Source: an uncultured bacterium (GTDB lineage: Bacteria > Patescibacteriota > Saccharimonadia > UBA4664 > SCTI01). Taken from it: 64,000 nt of DNA. The position numbers and the translations under genes were made by a program. Positions 22,394 through 32,284 of this stretch are shown piece after piece. Under the pieces are notes generated by a model that did not search any database, was not told the origin of the DNA, and saw only the letters and a list, made by a program, of their open reading frames with translations. Within the stretch, counting starts at the first letter, position 1; each line of letters begins with the position of its first letter. The stretch covers positions 103,943-167,942 of the forward strand of contig CAVRJJ010000005.1 of the NCBI GenBank assembly GCA_963721685.1, in the 5' to 3' direction.

Positions 22394-22597
22394 GATTAAG
22401 CTCCCATTTTATAACTGACATTAGTATAACTCATGCTTACAATTGGATGAGCTGATAAAAAACGAGCTGGAGTCGCGATTTAGCCGGTAATTATTCTTGA
22501 TCTGCGTTGCTTCAGGCGGTAAAATGTAAACTAGTTCGTAGCCAAGTCTTGATACATAAAACCCAGCAATTGCTGGGTTTTATGTCAGTACTATGAT

Positions 22598-22628
22598 GTC
22601 TGGTGGAGCCACCGGGAATTGAACCCGG
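22598..22628. repeat. 31-bp direct repeat copy 2 (orphan tRNA 3' fragment, no tRNA body upstream)
   Basis: gtctggtggagccaccgggaattgaacccgg; sequence 5' of it in RNA orientation is not tRNA-like. Confidence 0.8.
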
Positions 22629-22657
22629 AAAAGTGCATATGTTGCTACAATTAAGTT

Positions 22658-23404
22658 GTGAGTAATATTTTCCATCCAACCAGTTTTAACAACATTTCCG
22701 GATTAACCGTTGCCCTAAGCCTGCGTGACCAGGCGCAGCCCGGCGAATTTAGCATGCTGCCAACCAACACCACCATGGATGTTGTCATGGCTAACCGAAA
22801 ACAGTTCGCAGAAACACTTGGCTTTAAGGAAACGAGTCTTATACGAGCTAATCAAGACCATACCAATCTAGTGGAGGAAGTTACCGACGCCTATCCTACA
22901 ACGGATCCGCCCCAGGCCGACGCCTTAATTTCTAAGACTCCTGGATGGCTCATCGGCGTCACTATTGCCGACTGTGTCGGGCTGGCACTGTATGATCCGG
23001 TGAATTCCGCCCTTGGCATCGTCCATTCGGGCCGCAAAGGGACGATTGGTCGTATCGCTTCCAACACGATCCACAAAATGCAAGAATCGTACGGTACTGA
23101 TCCTGCAGAACTCCTCGTGTATCTTTCACCCTGCCCAAACCCCGACGAATATCCGATTGACCTCGATACCGCCAAAGCTTGCGACCCCCGCTACCTATCC
23201 CCTACTTCCAACCCCAATGAGGTTTATTATGACAACCGCCTAGCGGTTTATGACCAACTAATTGAAGAAGGGGTTGCTCCTGAACATATTGAAATCGATG
23301 AACGCTCAACTATAAGTAACCCCCAGCTCCACTCTTATCGTCGTGACGGGGATAAAGCCGGGCGAATGATGCTCGCGATCGGTTTAAAAAATGAAAAGTT
23401 TTAA
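22658..23404 (+). CDS. pgeF: YfiH/PgeF family (DUF152) purine nucleoside phosphorylase/peptidoglycan editing factor
   Basis: TIADCVGLALYDP and IVHSGRKG motifs. Confidence 0.7.
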   Translation: MSNIFHPTSFNNISGLTVALSLRDQAQPGEFSMLPTNTTMDVVMANRKQFAETLGFKETSLIRANQDHTNLVEEVTDAYPTTDPPQADALISKTPGWLIGVTIADCVGLALYDPVNSALGIVHSGRKGTIGRIASNTIHKMQESYGTDPAELLVYLSPCPNPDEYPIDLDTAKACDPRYLSPTSNPNEVYYDNRLAVYDQLIEEGVAPEHIEIDERSTISNPQLHSYRRDGDKAGRMMLAIGLKNEKF

Positions 23405-23439
23405 TAATTGCTGGTAAACGGACCAGAACACAAACACGT

Positions 23440-23466
23440 GGGGGCGGAGCTCGTCGCTCCGCCCCC
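23440..23466 (+). terminator. GC hairpin gggggcggagc-tcgtc-gctccgccccc after pgeF
   Basis: 11-bp perfect stem 36 nt after stop; no strong T-tract. Confidence 0.45.
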
Positions 23467-23549
23467 AGTGTCACTCCAACCCACGCGGGCCTACGTGGGT
23501 TATGACTGGCGTGAATCGCCGGTCAGTTTGGTTTAGGCGCGGCAGGCGC

Positions 23550-23783
23550 CTAGGTGATCAGCGTGTCGCCACCGAGGTCGGGCGCGTCGCCGAGGGCGTC
23601 GTCGATGATGTCGTCGTCGGCCGCGTTCGAGGTGACCCGGAGGAAGCCGCCGTCGGGCGTGATGGGCAAGCCGGCCTCGAGGTGATGGCAGTGCGCGCCG
23701 CGCGTGTCGCGGTCGATCTCGTGCGCGATGCCGTCGCCGAGGGTGAGGCCATAGTCCTTCGGCGGTGCCAGAATTCCCAGCAT
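23550..23783 (-). CDS. small acidic hypothetical protein (77 aa, MLGILAPPKDYGL...) on high-GC cassette; ORF-track 151-aa version over-extended
   Basis: aggagcaggatc-ATG RBS at 23783; conserved 5' element lies upstream at 23891-23987. Confidence 0.4.
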   Translation of the reverse strand: MLGILAPPKDYGLTLGDGIAHEIDRDTRGAHCHHLEAGLPITPDGGFLRVTSNAADDDIIDDALGDAPDLGGDTLIT

Positions 23784-23890
23784 GATCCTGCTCCTCTTCT
23801 TGCGATGAATAGCAACGCTTAACGATCCCGTCAGCTTATCAGATGCTCCGATAGCTTCATTGGTCGTTTGGTGGTCGATCCTCGAATACG

Positions 23891-23987
23891 TTGCTGTAAC
23901 CCGAGCAAAAAATAACCATATAAAATGGTGAACTTTTGCTCGGGTTACGACGTTGTGTTCTGGTCTGTCAAAGAAATAATCGTAATT
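23891..23987 (-). promoter_or_regulatory. cassette 5' element copy A: TTTCTTTGACAGACCAGAAC plus 15-bp-stem hairpin GTAACCCGAGCAAAA/TTTTGCTCGGGTTAC
   Basis: Read directly; same architecture as 27659-27756 and 29313-29423. Confidence 0.6.
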
Positions 23988-24146
23988 TGCAATATGCATA
24001 ACCACAACTACTGGTAATAAAGTATATAATTCATTTTCGAAATGTCAACAAAAAGCACCGACACTTCATTTTTGTCTTGACTACTGCGTATCCTGATAGC
24101 AACCGATCAAACGATAGGCGCAGGCAAGTGAAGAACGTATTTGTGA

Positions 24147-25169
24147 CTAGCCCAGTTCTTTCTTTAGCTTTTCAACAAGCTCAACGGGGGTTGGATCAAT
24201 CTGATTGAGAAATGCCAGATAGGTCGCCACGAAATCCCCCAGCAAAACCGACCATAGCATTTGCTGTAACTTGGTTTCGCCTTGCGCCTCAACTACAATG
24301 GGTGCCGGCATAATACCGGAAAGCAAACGGTTAGAAACTTCAAAACGTTTTTTAACCCGGTCATTATCCAGGCTTGAATGCAACTGCACCACCGCCATGC
24401 CGCTGTCTTTGGGATGATACCAACCTATAAACTCATTGTGGTTAAATTCGGGAAAGGCATTCACAAATGCCTGGTTCTTGGCGTTTTCATTAAAATCGAT
24501 TTTCCACTTTACCGCTGGCATGGCCAGGGTTGGGCCGCCATACATAACAATGGGATGGCCCACCAGTTTTTTGGCAATTTGCTTGGCGGCGTTATCGGCT
24601 TCGGCCACATTGGGCAGAAAATACGACGCCTCGTGCAATACCCATTCAGCGCTGGTTTCAAGCTCTTCCGTTATACCCTTAACCAAGCCAAGCTCTTCAA
24701 GTAATGTTGCCAGGGCCTTTACGCCGTAAAAGACAGCCATGCGCGGCTGGATGCCGCTGGGAATTTTAATTACTGGAAACGCTTCCCCCTGTTCGGCTAG
24801 CTTGCCGCCCGCTGTCATGATAATTACACCGGCGCCGGTCGTCTTTGCCTGCTCAAAGCAAGACAGGGTTTCCTCGGTATTACCAGAATAACTGGATACA
24901 ATTACCAGCGTTTGGTCATTTACGTATTTGGGCAAGGTGTAATCCCGGACGATCTCAATGGGTATAGTTAAGCGATCTGACAGCCAGTGACGGATGAATT
25001 CGGCAGCAATAGCCGATCCGCCCATACCCGCCAAAACAATCTTATCAAGACCTTCAACCTCGGGCACATCAAATTGGTACTGTTCCCTTAGTTGCTCCCC
25101 TTCGCTGGCCACTACGGTAAGTAAGTCGCTGTGATCAAACTGGTGGATATATTTTGAGTCGTCTAGCAC
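24147..25169 (-). CDS. SIS-domain bifunctional phosphoglucose/phosphomannose isomerase family
   Basis: LAGMGGSAIAAEF, VIVSSYSGNTEET SIS motifs; host-like GC. Confidence 0.65.
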   Translation of the reverse strand: MLDDSKYIHQFDHSDLLTVVASEGEQLREQYQFDVPEVEGLDKIVLAGMGGSAIAAEFIRHWLSDRLTIPIEIVRDYTLPKYVNDQTLVIVSSYSGNTEETLSCFEQAKTTGAGVIIMTAGGKLAEQGEAFPVIKIPSGIQPRMAVFYGVKALATLLEELGLVKGITEELETSAEWVLHEASYFLPNVAEADNAAKQIAKKLVGHPIVMYGGPTLAMPAVKWKIDFNENAKNQAFVNAFPEFNHNEFIGWYHPKDSGMAVVQLHSSLDNDRVKKRFEVSNRLLSGIMPAPIVVEAQGETKLQQMLWSVLLGDFVATYLAFLNQIDPTPVELVEKLKKELG

Positions 25170-25237
25170 GTATGCCTCCGCTTAGTATCCTCGTATTGTA
25201 GCTTCTAGGCGCAGAGGAGTCGAATAATTGCTGAGTG

Positions 25238-26070
25238 TGACACATCAGAACATAGGAGACGCGGGCGGGGGCCGTCCAAAGCCCCCGCCTTGTGAATGCG
25301 CCTCTGGCACCGATCCAGAGGTAGGCGATAGGATCGGCATCAGCTGTGCCGCAGGTGCGGCAGAAACTACGGAAGATCCAGCGAACGGCAACTGAGGCCG
25401 ACGGGAGGGGAAACGACCCCAGCCACCGTTCGCTTTACAGGGCTTGACCTTCTCCAACGCGCGACTCCCTGAGTGACGCGCGGTATGCACGCGGTAGACA
25501 GCTAAATGTCACTGCCAAAGCCGCGTACGTTTGAGCGCCGAGGCGCGGCGCCTAGATCTGATTCGAACTGCCACCGCCGGATCGCTTCGAGGTGGAGACC
25601 ATCCCCGGAAGGTTCACGACCTTGCCGGTTGTGGACCTGATCGGCAGGCCAGGAGGCGGCATGCCGAACGGAACCTTCTCGGTCCCCCGATGTCGTGTCG
25701 TCATTTGACGCTCCTGATGGGCGCGCTGTTGCGCTGTCGGAGGTACCTCGTCGGACTGACCGCCGTCGACGATGTCGAGACCACGCTGTACGTAGTGGTC
25801 GGCCGCAACACGGCGACCGGAGTGGTACTGGGGCCCGCTGCAGACGAGCCGTTGGTATGGCCATTCATCGATGAATCCCCTCTTCTAGCTGCGCGAAGAC
25901 AGTGGCTGCCAAGCCACGAGACAACATTCCGTGATCCATCCTTGCAATCAAAGACGCTTGTCTCATCCGTAGATATATCGCGCATATATCCCGAACAGCT
26001 AACCGCCAATATAAATTAGAAGCTGGCTGTCCGGGACAAAAACCGAAATTCGCTATGTTCTGATGTGTCA
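25238..26070. mobile_element. 833-bp high-GC cassette bounded by 17-bp perfect inverted repeats TGACACATCAGAACATA; right end also carries the TTGACA-type cassette 5' motif; small Ser/Thr-rich ORFs inside (e.g. 25701-25868 minus, 56 aa, GAGGGGA RBS)
   Basis: IRs at 25238-25254 and 26054-26070 read directly; coding content ambiguous (all six frames open due to GC). Confidence 0.35.
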
Positions 26071-26264
26071 AAGAATGTCGCGAATACTTATAAATAACCG
26101 CAACTGGTAAGACATTGTAGTTATACTTGCCAGAAGCGTCAACCCAGCAAGCCGTTGCGGGCTCTGCACCTTTAACCTGGCCGCTTTGTCAAAAAGCTCA
26201 TAAAAGCGAATAATTGCTGTTAGAACAGGCTTGAACACAATAGCAGGCATAGCGAGGTGGACAT

Positions 26265-26739
26265 AGTCGACATGGTGGCGGGCCGAAGCCCGCCACCGGT
26301 CGAGTTGAAGGGCTAGATGCCCGGTTGCGGGTCACTCCACTTGCTGTATCGCTGGCCGACGATGCGGTACTCGATGACTCCGTTCACATACACCGGCTTC
26401 TTCTCGACGTAGTAGACGCAGTCCAGCGTCGTGATCTTCCAGCGCTGCCAGTCGACGCGCTTGCAGGCCCCGTAAGGCACATTCGTGGCGTTTGAAACGC
26501 CCCATGCCTGGACGACTGCATCTTGAGCTTCAAGGCATGTCGGCATCGCGGGGTGATCGATCTTGGCCGCGATGTTGAAGAACACCGCAGTCGGACTCGG
26601 AGACCAACAGGGGTTCCAGTCTGGGTCGCACTCGCCCCTTGTTCCGTAGTCGTTGTAGTCAGGTTGCACCTGGCTGACCGGCGTGCTCGCACCAGCCACT
26701 GGCCACGGCGAGTTAATCGGTTGCGCGTCGTAGTAGTAG
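26265..26739. repeat. 475-bp block nucleotide-identical to 27881-28355 (3' gene ends plus 3' hairpin); second identical block 26792-26873 = 28408-28489
   Basis: Direct base-by-base comparison; mosaic identity. Confidence 0.9.
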
Positions 26740-27602
26740 TCGACATAGGTTGCCGCCCCATCATCAAGATCCATGATCTTGATTTGGGCCCGCTGCTGTA
26801 CGGGGCCCCGCCCGTAGGTGTCCAGCGCCGGGTCATAGGCGTTGGGGTAGTGGTAGTAGATCGGGAACGGCGTCGAACCTTGGAGTTGGAAATCCTGGTA
26901 GTAGCCGTCGCCAGAGTGAATCCGAATCCGCCGACCCACACCATTGTCTGTGTTGGCCGTCCGCGGGACGTTGATGATCAACTCTGCCCGAATGAGCTTG
27001 TTCGAAGTACCCGTCGGGTGAGTCAATCCACTAGTCGTCGATTCCGTGTGGCTCCTTGTTGAAAACGAGGAAGACACAAGCTTGTCTTCCTTTGCCACGT
27101 AATACCCGCCTTGGAAGGAATCGATTACAGTCGATCTCGTATACGGAGACGTCGGTACAGGAGCCAAAGCCGAGGTTTGGCTCCCCCCGTATTGCGAAAC
27201 GTATGGAGCGCTGGCATTTGCGCGTGCGCGCGACTCAGCAGTGGAACTTCCTGGAGCTCCAAGCATGCCTTGTCCCGCTGCTTCTACTGCGCGACGGGCT
27301 GTGTCACCCCGAATTGACTGCTTTGAAGGGCAAGCCGATCCAGTTGTTTTGATGACGGTGATGACCCACTTGGTGCCGTCCCACTGAGCACGCAGGTAGA
27401 CATAAACGTCGCATTGCTGCCCGCTCGAGCAGAAGATGAGCTTCGTGGTTGGCGTAGCCGGATTTGCCGAGACAATGCAGTAGTGCGGCAAGCCCGTCAC
27501 CGGGTCCGGAATGTGGAAGGCGGCACTCGCTGGCGACGGCGCAACTGCCATTGCCACGGACACTACGATGGCGGCTGCCAACGTAGTAAATAGTCTTTGC
27601 AT
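26313..27602 (-). CDS. secreted Cys-rich hypothetical protein, paralog A (signal peptide MQRLFTTLAAAIVVSVAMAVAPSPASA)
   Basis: 429 aa; C-terminal 190 aa identical to paralog B; 6 Cys in last 90 aa. Confidence 0.6.
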   Translation of the reverse strand: MQRLFTTLAAAIVVSVAMAVAPSPASAAFHIPDPVTGLPHYCIVSANPATPTTKLIFCSSGQQCDVYVYLRAQWDGTKWVITVIKTTGSACPSKQSIRGDTARRAVEAAGQGMLGAPGSSTAESRARANASAPYVSQYGGSQTSALAPVPTSPYTRSTVIDSFQGGYYVAKEDKLVSSSFSTRSHTESTTSGLTHPTGTSNKLIRAELIINVPRTANTDNGVGRRIRIHSGDGYYQDFQLQGSTPFPIYYHYPNAYDPALDTYGRGPVQQRAQIKIMDLDDGAATYVDYYYDAQPINSPWPVAGASTPVSQVQPDYNDYGTRGECDPDWNPCWSPSPTAVFFNIAAKIDHPAMPTCLEAQDAVVQAWGVSNATNVPYGACKRVDWQRWKITTLDCVYYVEKKPVYVNGVIEYRIVGQRYSKWSDPQPGI

Positions 27603-27658
27603 CTGATGCTCCTCACATGTAGCTGGGCAGTGAAAGGCAATTACCTCGTTCTCGAGCT

Positions 27659-27756
27659 CACTGCTGTAACCCGAGAAAAAGCTTGCAATAGATTATCTAC
27701 AAACTCATTTTCGGGTTACAGCAGTGTTCTGATCTGTCAAAGAAAATGCCGTAATC
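27659..27756 (-). promoter_or_regulatory. cassette 5' element copy C (19-bp stem cactgctgtaacccga.aaa / ttttcgggttacagcagtg, then GTTCTGATCTGTCAAAGAAA)
   Basis: 57 nt upstream of paralog A start. Confidence 0.6.
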
Positions 27757-27928
27757 AAACCTAATAGGAGCAACTACGACAAGTGTAGGGATTCTAATGC
27801 TTACTGTTGCACTTCGTCAATAGCGCCAATTTAAATAATTGCATTTGAAACGGATCAGAAGACTTTTAACTTGAGTTGTTAGTCGACATGGTGGCGGGCC
27901 GAAGCCCGCCACCGGTCGAGTTGAAGGG

Positions 27929-29254
27929 CTAGATGCCCGGTTGCGGGTCACTCCACTTGCTGTATCGCTGGCCGACGATGCGGTACTCGATGACTCCGTT
28001 CACATACACCGGCTTCTTCTCGACGTAGTAGACGCAGTCCAGCGTCGTGATCTTCCAGCGCTGCCAGTCGACGCGCTTGCAGGCCCCGTAAGGCACATTC
28101 GTGGCGTTTGAAACGCCCCATGCCTGGACGACTGCATCTTGAGCTTCAAGGCATGTCGGCATCGCGGGGTGATCGATCTTGGCCGCGATGTTGAAGAACA
28201 CCGCAGTCGGACTCGGAGACCAACAGGGGTTCCAGTCTGGGTCGCACTCGCCCCTTGTTCCGTAGTCGTTGTAGTCAGGTTGCACCTGGCTGACCGGCGT
28301 GCTCGCACCAGCCACTGGCCACGGCGAGTTAATCGGTTGCGCGTCGTAGTAGTAGAACGCGTAGGACACGCTCCTGTCGTCGAGATCCTCAATCTTCAGA
28401 ACCGCATGCTGCTGTACGGGGCCCCGCCCGTAGGTGTCCAGCGCCGGGTCATAGGCGTTGGGGTAGTGGTAGTAGATCGGGAACGGCGTGGTGGTCGATA
28501 TGAACATGTCCACGTGCGAGCCGTCGCCGGCGGAGATCCTGATGCGCCGGCCGTTGATGTTGGTACGCGGCACATTGACTACGAGCCCCGCCTCCATCAC
28601 CTTGTTCGAAGTACCCGTCGGCTGCTTGAGCACAGCGGTCTCGGCGTGATTTCTTGGCGTGATCCCGCCCGTTGATCCGCCCTTTGCCCGGATGGTTCCA
28701 CCGTCGAAACTTTCGATAGCGGTGAACGGCCGTGCATATGGCGCCGGGGGTGTCTGGCTGGTCGACCATGTCGGATTTGAAGCGGTCAGATATGGGGCCG
28801 TCCCCTTCGCCCTTGCAGACGCCGCCGGCCCCCAGCCTGGCGGCGGAGGATTCGCTCCACCGGGATCACCCAACATCCCCTTGCCAGCCTGTTCGACGGC
28901 TCGCTTTCCCTTGGCCGCGCGTTGCGCTCGCCTGGCCGGGGTCGCACCTACCGCCGTCGATTCCGTCACGACCCACTTGCCGTTGATGAACTCAGCGCGC
29001 ATCCAGATGGAGACGCTGCTGCGCGTCCCGTCGACGCAGTGCACAACGGCTACGCGCGGCCCTTCGCCCCGATCGATGACGACGCAGGTCAACTCCTCTC
29101 CCGTTTCCGGGTCGGTGATGATGTAGGCCTCAATCCCTTCGCCACCGGGAATGAAGATGGGGCCGTTCGCGCTTGCTGGTGACGGCGAGAACGCCATGGC
29201 CAGCATCGCGGCAACGGTTACGCATAGAGCCATCCGACGTTTTCTCATTTTCAT
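27929..29254 (-). CDS. secreted Cys-rich hypothetical protein, paralog B (true start MKMRKRRMALCVTVAAMLAMAF at 29254; track ORF over-extended to 29449)
   Basis: gggagcattctc-ATG RBS; signal peptide; conserved blocks TGTSNK..VNVPRT, TPFPIYYHYPNAYDPALDTYGRGPVQQ shared with A. Confidence 0.6.
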   Translation of the reverse strand: MKMRKRRMALCVTVAAMLAMAFSPSPASANGPIFIPGGEGIEAYIITDPETGEELTCVVIDRGEGPRVAVVHCVDGTRSSVSIWMRAEFINGKWVVTESTAVGATPARRAQRAAKGKRAVEQAGKGMLGDPGGANPPPPGWGPAASARAKGTAPYLTASNPTWSTSQTPPAPYARPFTAIESFDGGTIRAKGGSTGGITPRNHAETAVLKQPTGTSNKVMEAGLVVNVPRTNINGRRIRISAGDGSHVDMFISTTTPFPIYYHYPNAYDPALDTYGRGPVQQHAVLKIEDLDDRSVSYAFYYYDAQPINSPWPVAGASTPVSQVQPDYNDYGTRGECDPDWNPCWSPSPTAVFFNIAAKIDHPAMPTCLEAQDAVVQAWGVSNATNVPYGACKRVDWQRWKITTLDCVYYVEKKPVYVNGVIEYRIVGQRYSKWSDPQPGI

Positions 29255-29312
29255 GAGAATGCTCCCTTGGTTGCTGGTAACAGTGTATGGTGAATCTTTA
29301 TCGACCTCAGGT

Positions 29313-29423
29313 CCACTGCGTAACCCGAGCAAAAAACCACCAAAAAAGTATGGTGGACTTGTGCCCCGGGTTACGCCCGGTAAATTTATGTGTCCTAACC
29401 TGTCAAAGAAACTAGTCGTAATT
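29313..29423 (-). promoter_or_regulatory. cassette 5' element copy D (imperfect hairpin gcgtaacccgagcaaaaaaccacca / tggtggacttgtgccccgggttacgc, then CCTGTCAAAGAAA)
   Basis: Upstream of paralog B start. Confidence 0.5.
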
Positions 29424-29558
29424 AGAGAAAAAGCTCTAATTGCGGCCACATGGTATTAGATTCTATAATGAATTTTTAATTTGTCAATATATGTTCAGCC
29501 AGCAGAAAGAGCCTACTATAGCTCTTTCTGCTCAATATCAATTATCCTGTTCTGAGCT

Positions 29559-31232
<1,674 letters not shown>

Positions 31233-31261
31233 TCAGGTTTAGATTGTAAAAAAATGTTACT

Positions 31262-31524
31262 TGCTTTTGGCAATTGCCAACACGTCTTCTTCTTTAATAA
31301 TCAGCATGTCCTGGCCATCAACACGTAATGGTGTCCGGTCCGTACTGCTTATAGACCACTTGGTCGCCAACTTTCACTTCCTTCACTTCCTTGCCCACGG
31401 CAATAACTTCGCCCATTTGAGGCTTTTCTTTGGCGCTATCCGGCACATAAAACCCGCTGCTGGTTTTATCCTGAGCCTCTAACGGCTTGGCAACTACACG
31501 GTCAGCTAATGGCTGTAACGTCAT
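31262..31524 (-). CDS. groES: co-chaperonin GroES, C-terminal 22 aa out of frame (+1 insertion near 31320)
   Basis: MTLQPLADRVVAKPLEAQDKTSSGFYVP...; after skipping one nt frame continues LRVDGQDMLIIKEEDVLAIAKSK* ending ~31262. Confidence 0.8.
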
Positions 31525-31646
31525 TTGGTAACTCCTCCATTTATCGCAATTATCATTTAGTCTAATTTAGCACTCACATGCCTAGACTGCTAGTAGCTAT
31601 CTTAGCGAGAGGATTTTTGCCTGTCAACAGCCTAAATGGAGAATCT

Positions 31647-32284
31647 TTAGGAGGATTTAACCCGTTCAAGAATAAACTTAATGACGTCTTCAACATTCCG
31701 GTGGGTGGTGTCGATTACCGTGGCATCTTCAGCTTGCTTGAAGGTTCCAACTTTTTTGGCGGCGTCGGCGGCATCCCGTTCAAGCAAAGAGGTGACGGTT
31801 TCATGGCCGCGGCCACCGGCGTTTACCCGCCGCACCCGCTCTTCAGGGTCGCACGTGAAATGAAACTTGTAGGGCGTATCGGGAAATACCCGGGTAGTTA
31901 TATCGCGCCCTTCCATAACTACACCATTTTCATTGGCGTAGTTACGCTGTAACGATAAAATTTGGTCGCGCACCTGCCGGATGGCTGGACACCACGGCAA
32001 CCTGGTTGTTGACATCTTCCAGATGAAGCTTGCCGCGGACATCTTGCCCGTTGACGGTTACTACGTTACCGCCGTCAAACTTAAACTTGATGGCTTTGGC
32101 GATTTCCAAATTTCCCTTGGCATCCTGGGGGTCAATGCCGGCCTGTAAACAAGCAAATGTAATGCCGCGGTAGAGTTCACCGGTGTTTAAATGCGGAAGA
32201 TTAAGTTTTTCGGCAACACCCCGAGCTACGGTGGAAGTTCCGGTTCCGGCTCCGCCGTCTATCGCGATAATCAGTCTTCGTCAT
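31647..32284 (-). CDS. cmk: cytidylate kinase, broken into three frames by two +1 insertions (near 32272 and ~32000)
   Basis: ATG 32284 overlaps Mur-ligase stop (ATGA); middle frame LIIAIDGGAGTGTSTVARGVAEKLNLPHLNTGELYRG; C-frame EGRDITTRVFPDTPYKFHFTCDPEERVRRV. Confidence 0.7.

Noticed and set aside
25502-26019. Overlapping 100-160 aa ORFs on both strands inside the IR-bounded cassette
   Set aside because: High GC leaves all frames open; the ORFs mutually overlap and lack RBSs, so not called as genes.
31578-31952. Plus-strand ORFs overlapping cmk
   Set aside because: Antisense to cmk, whose three frames reconstruct a complete kinase.
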